Part shown: one piece after another, positions 46,741 to 56,347 of the stretch
Position numbering within the stretch: position 1 is the stretch's first letter
How the letters are laid out: the number at the start of each line of letters is the position of its first letter
NCBI GenBank assembly: GCA_046538485.1
Contig: JBKHIT010000002.1
Location: 59,608-123,607, forward strand
Reading direction: 5' to 3'
DNA: 64,000 bases
DNA from: Candidatus Brocadiia bacterium
GTDB lineage: Bacteria > Planctomycetota > Brocadiia > SM23-32
Made by a program: the position numbers and the translations under genes
The notes under the pieces: generated by a model
The model's input: only the letters and a program-made list of their open reading frames with translations
What the model was told of the DNA's origin: nothing
The model's database searches: none

Positions 46741-48285
46741 TTAGCCCGGGAGTTTCCCTGCATCCTGACGATAAGTTTCTTCGCATTCCCGCCAGAATTC
46801 CTGCATTTCGCGGCACCGATCGGGCTTCTCTTTGGAAAGGTCATTCATTTCACTGCGGTCGGCCGACAGGTTATAAAGAGCCCAATCGTCGTCCATCGAG
46901 CCCACGGGGCCCGAATCCGATGCGCTGACGATTTTCCAATTGCCGATCCGGAGAGCACGGTTCCCTGAATGGTGGAAAAAGATATGCGAGTGCCCGATGC
47001 TATCGTCTTCACCGAAAGTGGGCGCCAGACTTCTACCGGGGAGTGGCGGGGCATCCGCCGGGAACGGGATGTCGCCAGGGCGTATGCCGGCAAGTTCGAG
47101 GATTGTGGGCAGGAAATCAATGCAATGGCCCATGTCGTGACGGAGCTCGCCCCGGGCGGCGATACCGCTGGGCCAGGAGGCAATCATCGGAGTGGCTACA
47201 CCGCCTTCATGAACCCAGATTTTGTGTCGTCTGAATGGCGAATTGCTGCAGTTGGACCAGCCCGGGCCAAGACACAGATGCGTTGTTTCGGAGCCCGGGG
47301 GAGCCATGGGATCGTGTCCGCCGGCTCGGATCATAATCTCCGCACTCGCCCCGTTGTCGGACAAAAACAGAACAAGTGTGTCATCGTAAACGTTCATTTC
47401 TCGGAGCTGATCGAGCAACCGTCCGATTTCGCGGTCGGTACGATCGACCATCCCGGCGTGTATGGCCATTTTGGTGGCCTGGAACTCTTTCTGTTCGTCT
47501 GTCAATGAATCCCATGGGACGGCATACTCGATTTCGCCCGGACCGTAACGTTCTCCGTATTCGTCTTTGTACCAGGGGGCTTTTACGTCCGACTCGCGTT
47601 CCGACAGCGGGCAATTCACAATGCCCATCTCACGAAGACGCTGCCAGCGGCGTTCGCGCATTATGTCCCAACCCTCGTCGTAACGCCGCCGGTATTTATC
47701 GATATCTTCCGGTTCGGCCTGAACGGGGAAGTGGGGTGCGGTATAGCATACATAGTGGAAAAAGGGTGTACCGCTGTGATTGTTTTCGTGATCACGCAGA
47801 CACTCAAGCGCATGATCGGTGATGGCGGTTGAGGAAAATTTCTTTTCGCCCTCTTCCCCGAAGAAGTGTTTCCCTTGTTCGATCTGTGTTCCCCAGCTTA
47901 TATCGAATTCTCCGAACTCTTCGGGTTTTTGCACGTTGCTTATGTGCCATTTGCCGGAGTGGTAGCTGCGATAGCCGACCTGATGCAGGTAATGGGGCAA
48001 CAACCTCTGCCAGGAGGGCCGGTAATGTGTTTCCGAATCGGGAGGATCCATGCAGACCTGCTGTGCGTAAAATCCCGTCATCATGCAGGACCGCGACGGC
48101 CAGCAGCGTCCGGTGTTATAGAATTGAGTAAATCGCAGTCCCTTCTTGGCCAACCCGTTGAGATTCGGGGTTTCGACTTCGCCCCCATAACATCCGGGGT
48201 CGGAAAACCCCATATCATCCATGACTATCAAAACGACGTTTGGCTTTTGCGGGTTGTTTTCCTGCGGATCGGCTACAGATGCCAT
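46741..48285 (-). CDS. Arylsulfatase-family sulfatase (formylglycine-dependent)
   Basis: NVVLIVMDDMGFSDPGCYGG...FYNTGRCWPSRSCMMTG carries the sulfatase C-x-P-x-R FGly motif. It is 514 aa, and no N-terminal signal peptide is apparent in the longest ORF. Confidence 0.9.
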   Translation of the reverse strand: MASVADPQENNPQKPNVVLIVMDDMGFSDPGCYGGEVETPNLNGLAKKGLRFTQFYNTGRCWPSRSCMMTGFYAQQVCMDPPDSETHYRPSWQRLLPHYLHQVGYRSYHSGKWHISNVQKPEEFGEFDISWGTQIEQGKHFFGEEGEKKFSSTAITDHALECLRDHENNHSGTPFFHYVCYTAPHFPVQAEPEDIDKYRRRYDEGWDIMRERRWQRLREMGIVNCPLSERESDVKAPWYKDEYGERYGPGEIEYAVPWDSLTDEQKEFQATKMAIHAGMVDRTDREIGRLLDQLREMNVYDDTLVLFLSDNGASAEIMIRAGGHDPMAPPGSETTHLCLGPGWSNCSNSPFRRHKIWVHEGGVATPMIASWPSGIAARGELRHDMGHCIDFLPTILELAGIRPGDIPFPADAPPLPGRSLAPTFGEDDSIGHSHIFFHHSGNRALRIGNWKIVSASDSGPVGSMDDDWALYNLSADRSEMNDLSKEKPDRCREMQEFWRECEETYRQDAGKLPG

Positions 48286-48451
48286 TTTTCTCTCCTGGTT
48301 GGTTTTAGTTGTTAGAAATGCTTTTTTTTGGCAGGTTTACGGGACAGGAGCAAAACTATGTGCCGCGAGTTTAGGGTCTTAAATCAGGCACGACAAGGGA
48401 AAAGTCAGATTTGAGAACCGTTCCAGCATGTGGGCCTGACCTCTGCAGCGT

Positions 48452-48907
48452 TTACTTTTGTGCGTTGAGACTATCGGCGATATCTCGGGCTTTTTCCTGG
48501 CTGAAACGACCGCTGATAACCGCCTGCGGGTCCGTTATCTTTTCCATTATGATCGGAGCAGAGACCAACGTGTCGTCGACAATAATTGCGATGGGTTTTC
48601 CAACAGATTCTGCCGTGGCCTCCGAAAATTTCCTTTTGCCTTCGCTGGTAAAGACTATTTGTAGTTGTGAGATATTTCCGGGTTTTCTTTTCAACGAAGC
48701 GGATTTGATGTCGCGCTCGGTCAGGAAGACTTTTTGCCCCACATAGACCGCAGTGTCGGTCCCTTCAACGACCATTTTTTTCAGTTGTGGTGCGGACAAT
48801 TTTTGAGCATTGCGGAACTCAACCCTGATTGGTGGGCCGTTGGTCCGGGCGGTCGTACATCCCGTCAGTAAAATTGCGATCGACAGTGAAAAGATTGTGG
48901 CCTTCAT
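48452..48907 (-). CDS. Small lipoprotein with a SecD-periplasmic-head-like segment
   Basis: It has a lipobox in MKATIFSLSIAILLTGC. GKPIAIIVDDTLVSAPIIMEKITDPQAVISGRFSQEKARDIADSLN resembles the SecD P1-head signature (LAIVLDG.V.SAP.I.E.I..G...I.G.F...EA..LA..L). Confidence 0.45.
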   Translation of the reverse strand: MKATIFSLSIAILLTGCTTARTNGPPIRVEFRNAQKLSAPQLKKMVVEGTDTAVYVGQKVFLTERDIKSASLKRKPGNISQLQIVFTSEGKRKFSEATAESVGKPIAIIVDDTLVSAPIIMEKITDPQAVISGRFSQEKARDIADSLNAQK

Positions 48908-49435
48908 GACTTTTCCTTTCGATATGTTGTTAATTCTATTCCATGTGTCTGGATATGTCGAACAACTACTTTTTCAGTTCGAGGCGAGGATATTAGGAGC
49001 CCAGCGGCCATCGAAAAAGTCAAAATGGACGCTGTGTTCCGAAGGCATTTCGACACGAATTTGATTTTCACTGTTTTCGACGGCTTTCACTGTAAAAGCC
49101 TTTCTCCCTCGGGGCATGAAAGCAATGTAAAGTCCAACGTTAACGCAAGGCTGCCGCCGGATGCAATAAAAGGGACGGGCATATATACCCTGTAACTAAT
49201 TGTCAGCCGTTGCGAATGCTCAACAAATTTGACAGATTGGGTTTTGGGTGGCTACCATGAGAGCAGTGCTGGAAGTGTTTTGCCCTTGTGCCGGCGCGGA
49301 TTTGGTGTGTCATATTGGTGTACTTCTTTCTGTTCAAGGGGCAATGATTTGGCACGTAATATTCCATGGGGCGACAAGCTTGCAAAGATACGGGGCTTAT
49401 TATCGTCTTCTCCGGTGCAATCTCAGATTTCTTCG

Positions 49436-50212
49436 TTGAAACGTGGTGTACTATCAAAGGCGGAGTGGGGCGGGTTCACACTTATTGAACTATTGGTTGT
49501 AATTGCAATTATTGCTATCCTTGCGGCTATGTTGATGCCGGCCCTTGAGAGCGCCCGGGAAGCGGCGCGGATCTGCGCCTGCCTGAATAATTTCCACCAA
49601 ACGGGTCTGGCCCAAACGATGTATGTGGGGGACTATCAGAATCATCTGCCTGCGAAATCGAGCAGCTGGGCAGACTGGCATGTAAACCACCTCTGGGGTT
49701 ATGGGATGCTCAGCGAGTATCTACGGCCGGGCATGACGGCAAAACAGTTCAAGGATATCCACGGGGGCCCATTGAGTTGCCCGTCCGTGCGTGCCGATGA
49801 AGATGGTTACTATATTAGTGATGGAAAATATTTCAGGATGTGTGGTCAATACCGCCTGGTGGGTCTTAACACCCGTATGCATTCCAGTTACGGGAACGCG
49901 TATCTGAACGGCCGTCCGCTGAATATTGTGAAAAACGCGTCGGGTTTGGTCACGTTCTACGAAGCACCTTATCTGAATTACGATGCGGCGGTAAAGAACT
50001 ATTTTTCGAAGCTTCCCCCCGGCTACAATTCCCTCTGGTCGGCGTTCAGCTACGGAGGGGCGCCCAGATGGTTTCATCGGACCGAAGAGCCGGAGAAAGG
50101 CAGTGCCAACCTGTTATTTTTAGATGCCCATGCGGCAACGATTTCCTATCAAGAGCACCATCAGGCGGTGTTGAAGGACAAAATTGTCTGGCGATGGAAC
50201 GACGGTTACTGA
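49436..50212 (+). CDS. DUF1559-type protein with a prepilin-type N-terminal cleavage/methylation leader and a C-terminal H-X9-DG-like domain
   Basis: [25 protein letters not shown] is a type IV pilin-like leader, and the C-terminus [18 protein letters not shown] is H-X9-DG-like. The likely start is the TTG at 49436, giving [18 protein letters not shown]. The ORF track start at 49229 is also a TTG and is too far upstream for a prepilin leader. Confidence 0.75.
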   Translation: MKRGVLSKAEWGGFTLIELLVVIAIIAILAAMLMPALESAREAARICACLNNFHQTGLAQTMYVGDYQNHLPAKSSSWADWHVNHLWGYGMLSEYLRPGMTAKQFKDIHGGPLSCPSVRADEDGYYISDGKYFRMCGQYRLVGLNTRMHSSYGNAYLNGRPLNIVKNASGLVTFYEAPYLNYDAAVKNYFSKLPPGYNSLWSAFSYGGAPRWFHRTEEPEKGSANLLFLDAHAATISYQEHHQAVLKDKIVWRWNDGY

Positions 50213-50266
50213 TTGGGCTTACGTGGGGGCAGTGCCGGACAGGCAGGTTTCCAGTCATATGTAGGA

Positions 50267-52060
50267 TCAACGAATTTCGTCGCATGGTCCCCACGGATAG
50301 GACAGCGTTGGGCGGCGGACGAAACGTTTCATCTGAACCCGTATCTTCGCTCCTGCGCCCGGTTGAAGTTTAACGACAAAGGCTCGGCCGTTGATTTTAC
50401 GGGACGGCCCATTTGTGACAGCAATCTCAGTTATTTGGTGTTCGGCGTAGGCTCCTCCCTGGACGACGACAGTACGGGGAGTTGTGGTAGAGAGGTTAAC
50501 GAGCGTCACGTGGACTTCCTCATCGCGGATCCTATCAACCAGTGCTCCGACATCGGGCGGGAGTCCGGGTCTTCCACGGTCGGGATCGAAGTAGCGCAGG
50601 CGGGCAAAGAGCAGGGAGCCACGCCAGCTCGGCTGTCGGCCACCGGTCGTCAACATCGTGAGGGCAGCCGTTGCAACGGGGTTTTTGCCGGTGAGGTTGC
50701 ATTCTCGTTCCCAATCGATGCTTTTGTCGGCACGGATTTTTCTCACGCGCCGATCGATGTGTTTGAGACTCTTTTTAAGAATTGATTCCGGGAAATTGGC
50801 ATTTTCCCCATCGAGCCACGCGATCCAGTCCAACGTATATCCCATCTCATAGTGCGGTTGGTCGTGTCCTTGGCCCGGCCCCCAGTACTGTCGGAAATAA
50901 TCTTCGTAGCGACCGGGGCGCAGAAGGTATAGATCCTCGGCAAACCACTGTTTCTGACCGCTTCCGTCGGTTGTAAGAGGTTTGCCGTTTGATTTTACGC
51001 CGATCTGCATGCCTTTTCGGAGGTGTTCGATCTGGCGTCGCCCCGCTTCGAGATACCTGTCATTGGCGGTTAGAAGAAACGCATTTTTCAGCCCCATCCG
51101 CACGCCCGACATGACCATATGGGGCCCACCCCAACCGGACCAGCCCATTACGCCTCCAGCCCAGGGGTAGACTTCTGAACCTTTCGGGACATACTCGGGA
51201 AACTGTTTTGCCGGGTGGGGCCAATCCTCCCCGGGTTTGCCATTGAGCCCGACATTTCCGGGGAATATTCCGTTGTTTGCACGAGCGCGTTCAACCCATG
51301 CGTCGCCATATTCTTTGACCCAATCGCGGTATTTCTTTTCGCCGCTGATAAGAAACGCGGTGGTGACGAGGGAGGTGGACTGCATATTCAGAGGAGTATC
51401 GCCTCGCACTTTTACGCCGGTCCAGTATTTAAAAAAATCCTGTCCACCCCAGTCTTCCAGGGTCGCGTTCATAATGGGGCCGGCACTTCCGTTCAGGACG
51501 CTGCGGATAAGCCTCTTATTCGGGTTGTAATTGGGCATGCCGAGATAAAAATCGGCAAAGCGGCAGACGCGCTCGCGATATTTCTCATTACAGGGATCGC
51601 ACAAACCCAGATCATAGAATGAGCGGTATTGTTCGCCGTTATGCTGCCAATCGAAAGAACGGATAAACTCTTCATGCAACCCACCAGCTTCGGTGTATTG
51701 TTGGTAATGTCCTTCCCAGGCTTTACGGAGGGTTTGCAGCACGTATTCATCGCCGCCGAGTGCATAGAGCAAGCCCCAATTATTGGTCGGTTCGGTGGAA
51801 TCATCGGCACCGGCTCCACCGCCCAATGTCGCATCGACCTTCAGATAGCCGCGTTCGTCATAGTATTTTTCGGCGAATATATGAAGCGCTTCAGTATTTT
51901 GCTCAAAGACTTTTCTTTCGAGAACGGCCCATGGAGGGGGAGACATGGGGGAGTTAATGTTCAGTCGAGGCATATCCGCAGTCCGGCCGCTGCCGGTGAT
52001 GGTACACCCAACGACTGATATGAAAAGAGCAAGACACACTGTTTTGAACACAGGCTTCAT
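50267..52060 (-). CDS. Secreted (lipoprotein-like) hypothetical protein, possibly an alpha/alpha-toroid glycosidase-like fold
   Basis: The start at MKPVFKTVCLALFISVVGC is a signal peptide plus Cys, with ATG at 52060. The ~597 aa protein is Trp/Gly-rich (WGLLYALGGDEYV, WAGGVMGWSGWGG). No family can be assigned from sequence alone. Confidence 0.5.
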   Translation of the reverse strand: MKPVFKTVCLALFISVVGCTITGSGRTADMPRLNINSPMSPPPWAVLERKVFEQNTEALHIFAEKYYDERGYLKVDATLGGGAGADDSTEPTNNWGLLYALGGDEYVLQTLRKAWEGHYQQYTEAGGLHEEFIRSFDWQHNGEQYRSFYDLGLCDPCNEKYRERVCRFADFYLGMPNYNPNKRLIRSVLNGSAGPIMNATLEDWGGQDFFKYWTGVKVRGDTPLNMQSTSLVTTAFLISGEKKYRDWVKEYGDAWVERARANNGIFPGNVGLNGKPGEDWPHPAKQFPEYVPKGSEVYPWAGGVMGWSGWGGPHMVMSGVRMGLKNAFLLTANDRYLEAGRRQIEHLRKGMQIGVKSNGKPLTTDGSGQKQWFAEDLYLLRPGRYEDYFRQYWGPGQGHDQPHYEMGYTLDWIAWLDGENANFPESILKKSLKHIDRRVRKIRADKSIDWERECNLTGKNPVATAALTMLTTGGRQPSWRGSLLFARLRYFDPDRGRPGLPPDVGALVDRIRDEEVHVTLVNLSTTTPRTVVVQGGAYAEHQITEIAVTNGPSRKINGRAFVVKLQPGAGAKIRVQMKRFVRRPTLSYPWGPCDEIR

Positions 52061-52109
52061 CTGAATAATATACATAATACTTGTTGGCAACAGAAGATTA
52101 ACGGACGCT

Positions 52110-52535
52110 CTATTTGACGTCGGTTCGGCTGCGATTTTCCGAGTTGCCTTCACTAAAGCCCGACCATCGTCGCGCGATATTGACATCTCCAAAAACAATG
52201 ACTACTTCAGGGGAATGGAGAACAACCATACCCTCGTAGAATTTCGCTATATCCCAGCCGCGATTATCCTCGTATGATACGACAATCCCGCAGCGCTGTC
52301 TCGTAGGTTCTTTTTGCAAAGTTTGCCTTCGTTCAAGGATTTTCGAGACATCCTTTTTGGTAATATGAGCAAGCGCCCCCGGTTCGATTTCCAGCAACTC
52401 TGAAACAGGTCGGTGTATACGGTCATCGATTGCGTGGTGAATTTCGTATTCGATGAAGTCTTCCCCTGTGACGGGAGACCGAGCGACCGCGTGAATCAGA
52501 TGCCCTGCGCCGAGCACTTCATATCCAATCGGCAT
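52110..52535 (-). CDS. Hypothetical cytoplasmic protein (~141 aa)
   Basis: The start MPIGYEVLGAGHL is preceded by AAGGAGG 6 nt upstream of the ATG at 52535. No recognisable family. It is divergent from the hydroxypyruvate-isomerase-like gene. Confidence 0.45.
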   Translation of the reverse strand: MPIGYEVLGAGHLIHAVARSPVTGEDFIEYEIHHAIDDRIHRPVSELLEIEPGALAHITKKDVSKILERRQTLQKEPTRQRCGIVVSYEDNRGWDIAKFYEGMVVLHSPEVVIVFGDVNIARRWSGFSEGNSENRSRTDVK

Positions 52536-52882
52536 ACCTTCCTCCTTTTTACCCCTATCCTGCATCTTACGGATGCAGGATATATAAAACGGCGCATGCC
52601 GTTCAGGCGTAAGAATTTACCTGTATGCTGCTACTGTGCGGATTTTAGTTTGCCTGTTGATGAGAATCAAGACTTTTTCCGTCAAAACGCTAATTTGTCC
52701 AACTGGGGCTGCAGGGAATTTGTGTAACAGAAAAAGACAGTTTTGCTTGCTATCGGTTAAAATTAGCGAGTCCTTAGTAACTTGCGTGTGCAAGCGAGGT
52801 GTGGTAGATTGCCGCGTCCCCGGTGTTTGGCCGGGGCGTTCTGAGCTACCCTTGATATCATTAAGCATTAAAGGAGTGTGAA

Positions 52883-53662
52883 ATGCGCATCAAGCAGTCG
52901 ATTTGTTATCCGTTGTTTATGCCGGACGAGATGGAGTTGGAACAGTTGTGCGAAATTGCGGCTGATATTGGCTACGATGCCATTGAACTGTGGGGCCGCG
53001 GGGACGATTTTGAAGAGATTGTTGAGACAGCCCATTCTTATGACCTTGTTGTTGCCAGTTTTATTGGTCACGATTCTCTTCCGGATGGTCTCAATAAGTA
53101 TGAAAACCACGATCGCATTGAGGCCGAATTGCGGGAATCTATCGACATCGCCGCGGCCAACGATGTGCCGGGTATGATTTGTTTCAGCGGAAACCGGAAT
53201 GAAGGGCAGAGCGATTACGAAGGGATGATTGCTTGTGCACGTTGCCTGCGAAAAGTCGCTCCTTATGCGGAGGAAAAAGGAGTGAATCTGAACGTCGAGC
53301 TTCTTAATTCGAAGGTCAACCACCCGGGTTATCAATGCGATCATACCGATTGGGGACTGGCGTTGTGTGAAATGGTTGACAGCCCGCGAGTTAATTTGCT
53401 TTTTGATATTTACCATATGCAAATTATGGAAGGTGACATTATTCGGAATATCAGGAAATCCATCGATCGTATTGGTCATTTCCACACAGCGGGGAATCCG
53501 GGTCGGAACGACATGGATGATACGCAGGAGATGAATTATCGCGGGATCTGCAGCGCCATCGCAGAGACCGGCTATGACCTCTATCTTGGCCACGAGTTCA
53601 AACCCAAAGGCGACCCGATTGAGGCTCTAAAAGATACCTTTGAGATTTGCGATCAGGGCTGA
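52883..53662 (+). CDS. Hydroxypyruvate isomerase-like / xylose-isomerase-like TIM-barrel sugar-phosphate isomerase/epimerase
   Basis: ICYPLFMP...GYDAIELWG...NLNVELLNSKVNHPGYQCDHT...LLFDIYHMQIMEGD...IGHFHTAGNPGRND is a typical Hyi / AP-endonuclease-2 TIM-barrel pattern. Confidence 0.75.
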   Translation: MRIKQSICYPLFMPDEMELEQLCEIAADIGYDAIELWGRGDDFEEIVETAHSYDLVVASFIGHDSLPDGLNKYENHDRIEAELRESIDIAAANDVPGMICFSGNRNEGQSDYEGMIACARCLRKVAPYAEEKGVNLNVELLNSKVNHPGYQCDHTDWGLALCEMVDSPRVNLLFDIYHMQIMEGDIIRNIRKSIDRIGHFHTAGNPGRNDMDDTQEMNYRGICSAIAETGYDLYLGHEFKPKGDPIEALKDTFEICDQG

Positions 53663-53736
53663 ATTTAATTGAACGGGCCGACCGCTGTGAAGTATGGTCG
53701 GCCCGTTCTATGTCGGGTCAGGCTGGTTGCGTATGG

Positions 53737-54882
53737 TTATTCTTCGATGGCAATCCCTTTTTCTTTTGCCTGTTTGCGGGCGCTATTGCGAATTGCAGCG
53801 TCAAAAGAATCCTCTTCGCCTTTTTCGCTGAGTTCTTTTTTGATGTAGGTCTGCCGTTTGGCCTGCAGTTTCGTGATTTCGGCTCGGAGTTGCTTTCGCT
53901 TCTTGACCTGTGCTTTCAAATAGGACTGGAGCTCTTCTTGGGGCATTTTGCGGAGTTTCTCGGGCAGATGCTCTTTATTGATTTTGTCGAGCTTAATTTT
54001 GCCGGCCGCGTAGTCGCTTATGAGTTCTGATCGCCCTGCAAACGCTTTGCCCCCGGCTTCTGTGGCAAGGAACGCCGCACGATCCGCGCTGGCTCCCGGT
54101 GCGGCCTTTTTCCGAATCTCATCGGCAACTTCTTCGCGTTCGGCGAGTTGCTTGCGTTTGGCAGCAGTGCCGTAATAGAGGCGTGTTCCTTCGAGCTTTG
54201 AGGACATCTTAGCCATTTTCCCATCATACGGGGTGCTGACGGTGACGGCGCCGCCTGCCTGAGCTACCTGAAAAAAAGCACCTTCAGCACGGTTCGCAAT
54301 GTCTTTCCATATGGCGGTCGTTTTGCCGTAATTTCCACATTGTATTGTATTAATAATGATCCCGCGGCGGGCAGCTTGTTTGCACGTAGTGGGATATTTT
54401 ACGTCCTGTTTGTAGTCCATATGGGGAGGATAATCTCCGACGAGATAGATGACGCGAAAGGTTTTTGCACCTTCGCTCCACTTTATTTTATTGACGGCTT
54501 CGTGCAGCGCTTGATTGACACTCTCAGGGCCATCGCCGCCGCCCTGGGCCTGGAATTTCATCAAATCACTGTAAACCGCATCAAGATCAGTGGTCAGTGG
54601 CGTTATTTTTGTGATGTAGGCATCGCCCCGGTCCCGGTATCCTACAAGTCCCATTTTGATTTCTGGTGTCGGTTTCCCGGTTGCAAGGGTGTTGGCAATC
54701 GACCATATCTTTTGTTTGGCTCCCTTTATTAGTCCGCCCATACTCCCTGTTGTGTCAAGGACAAAAACCACTTCGATTTGCGGTTGTGGTTCTTGAACCG
54801 GTTTTTCTTCTGCGCGCAGGGAAGCAATAGCGATTCCGAGACCCAGAACTGCCAGCAGAACTAAAACTAAGTTTTTCATCAC
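53737..54882 (-). CDS. Secreted VWA-domain protein with a C-terminal Lys/Glu-rich coiled coil
   Basis: It has a signal peptide MMKNLVLVLLAVLGLGIAIASLRA and a MIDAS motif EVVFVLDTTGSMGG. The C-terminal ~120 aa are highly charged and heptad-like. Confidence 0.7.
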   Translation of the reverse strand: MMKNLVLVLLAVLGLGIAIASLRAEEKPVQEPQPQIEVVFVLDTTGSMGGLIKGAKQKIWSIANTLATGKPTPEIKMGLVGYRDRGDAYITKITPLTTDLDAVYSDLMKFQAQGGGDGPESVNQALHEAVNKIKWSEGAKTFRVIYLVGDYPPHMDYKQDVKYPTTCKQAARRGIIINTIQCGNYGKTTAIWKDIANRAEGAFFQVAQAGGAVTVSTPYDGKMAKMSSKLEGTRLYYGTAAKRKQLAEREEVADEIRKKAAPGASADRAAFLATEAGGKAFAGRSELISDYAAGKIKLDKINKEHLPEKLRKMPQEELQSYLKAQVKKRKQLRAEITKLQAKRQTYIKKELSEKGEEDSFDAAIRNSARKQAKEKGIAIEE

Positions 54883-55131
54883 CGATCTCCTTTTGCGGAA
54901 TGGTTTCCAAATGTTTCACGTTGCTTCGACATTTATTTAGACGGGACAGGAGGGAATATGTTCCATTGAAATTTTTTAATAAGGGACGTCTGGCTTCCAT
55001 AAAATCACGGTATCGGCTGCGATTCGGGCCCATGCTCGATCTCAGGTCCCGCCCCCTATGATCTGGAAAACGGGACATCAACTGTGGAAGTGAGTGAAGA
55101 GAAGGCCAGAGTTTTGCCCCGGATTGGTTAC

Positions 55132-56157
55132 TTAATGGGAGGTCGACAGAAATCCTATTGGATGTTCACACAGCATCCTGCGCACGGTATGGTCGGTGGT
55201 TCCCTCTTTTGTGGGGCCGCCTGTGACGGTTGATGTGGTGCGTTTCTCAAGCAAGAGGTCGACGCTATTTTCCAGGTCGAAAATCCACGTTCCTCGCCCA
55301 TCCAGCTTAAGATTGCTTTGTGAATCGGACCTTTCGCCTTCGTAGGTGAAACGTATCTCGGCGCTTCTCCGCCCCCGGTGTCGGCTGATATCGACCACGG
55401 CGAAGTGAGACCGCATTTCGAAAACCGATTCTTCTTCGAGTTCTGGAATAGAACCGGCTTTAAAATTAACATCCCATTGACTATCGCCTTCGAGTTTTTT
55501 GTCCGGCAACCAGGGGAAATAGTAGCTATCATAAATGTGGGATACCGAGACGACGTTTTCTCCTACTCCGGCTGCCCCGACAAAACCCCTGGTGCCTTCG
55601 TGATCGTAAAAGCGCCCTTTTTTATCAATACGGATTGTTCGAATCGTTTCGCTCGTGCGTTCTACAGCAAGTTGCGTCTGTTCAATCTCAAGATACTTGT
55701 CGCGGTCAGCCTGCAGACGCAGGTTGTCGATTAGATACTGACGTAGTTCTTTTTCGCTTTCTTTTCGCTGTACTTTTTCAACCAGGTAAGACCAAATTCT
55801 GCCGGCACGATAAGCGTACCGCGGGCAGGCTTCGCCACTGGCTTTGCGGGAGACCGCGATTTCCATCAATTCTCCGCCATCGAGCCAGAGCCCATGACAT
55901 TTGGCGCACATATCTACCGTTACGTGAGTGGTTGGATACTGGAAGACGTACATCTCTATGTTACAGCGGGGACAAATACGCTCTCCCTTATTGGCTTCTG
56001 GTGACAATTCGAGTTCCCTTACCGGCACATCAAGAACCTGTTGAAGCTCGCCGCCATCAAACCAGAGGCCATCGCACGAAGGGCATCTGTCCAGTTCTAT
56101 CCCGCCGTGTTCGATCATGGGTTCGAGTTCCTGGCCTTCACAATGGGGACATTGCAT
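55132..56157 (-). CDS. Protein with two tandem zf-TFIIB-like zinc ribbons and a C-terminal domain of unknown function
   Basis: The first ribbon is MQCPHCEGQELEPMIEHGGIELDRCPSCDGLWFDGGELQQV. The second is ICPRCNIEMYVFQYPTTHVTVDMCAKCHGLWLDGGELMEI. Both fit the CPxC...C.xC.G.W.D.GEL zinc-ribbon pattern. A ~200 aa beta-rich tail follows. Confidence 0.55.
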   Translation of the reverse strand: MQCPHCEGQELEPMIEHGGIELDRCPSCDGLWFDGGELQQVLDVPVRELELSPEANKGERICPRCNIEMYVFQYPTTHVTVDMCAKCHGLWLDGGELMEIAVSRKASGEACPRYAYRAGRIWSYLVEKVQRKESEKELRQYLIDNLRLQADRDKYLEIEQTQLAVERTSETIRTIRIDKKGRFYDHEGTRGFVGAAGVGENVVSVSHIYDSYYFPWLPDKKLEGDSQWDVNFKAGSIPELEEESVFEMRSHFAVVDISRHRGRRSAEIRFTYEGERSDSQSNLKLDGRGTWIFDLENSVDLLLEKRTTSTVTGGPTKEGTTDHTVRRMLCEHPIGFLSTSH

Positions 56158-56347
56158 TTTCTTATATGACCTTAAATTGTTAGGGAAAAGCAGCTATCAG
56201 TAATTATTTGATTTTACCAAGCGGGCCGTTTTTGTCAATGTAGATATTTGGGCGAGGAAACCCCGAAAAGAAGTTAATCCGATTTGTCCGGCCAGGGAGT
56301 TGGGGTTAGAATGACATTTTTTGACCATTTTCCTGCAGAGGCGTGTA

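Noticed and set aside
49340-49362. TGGCACG…ATTCCA resembling a sigma54 (-24/-12) promoter upstream of the DUF1559 gene
   Set aside because: The -12 element reads ATTC rather than TTGC. It is insufficient on its own to call.
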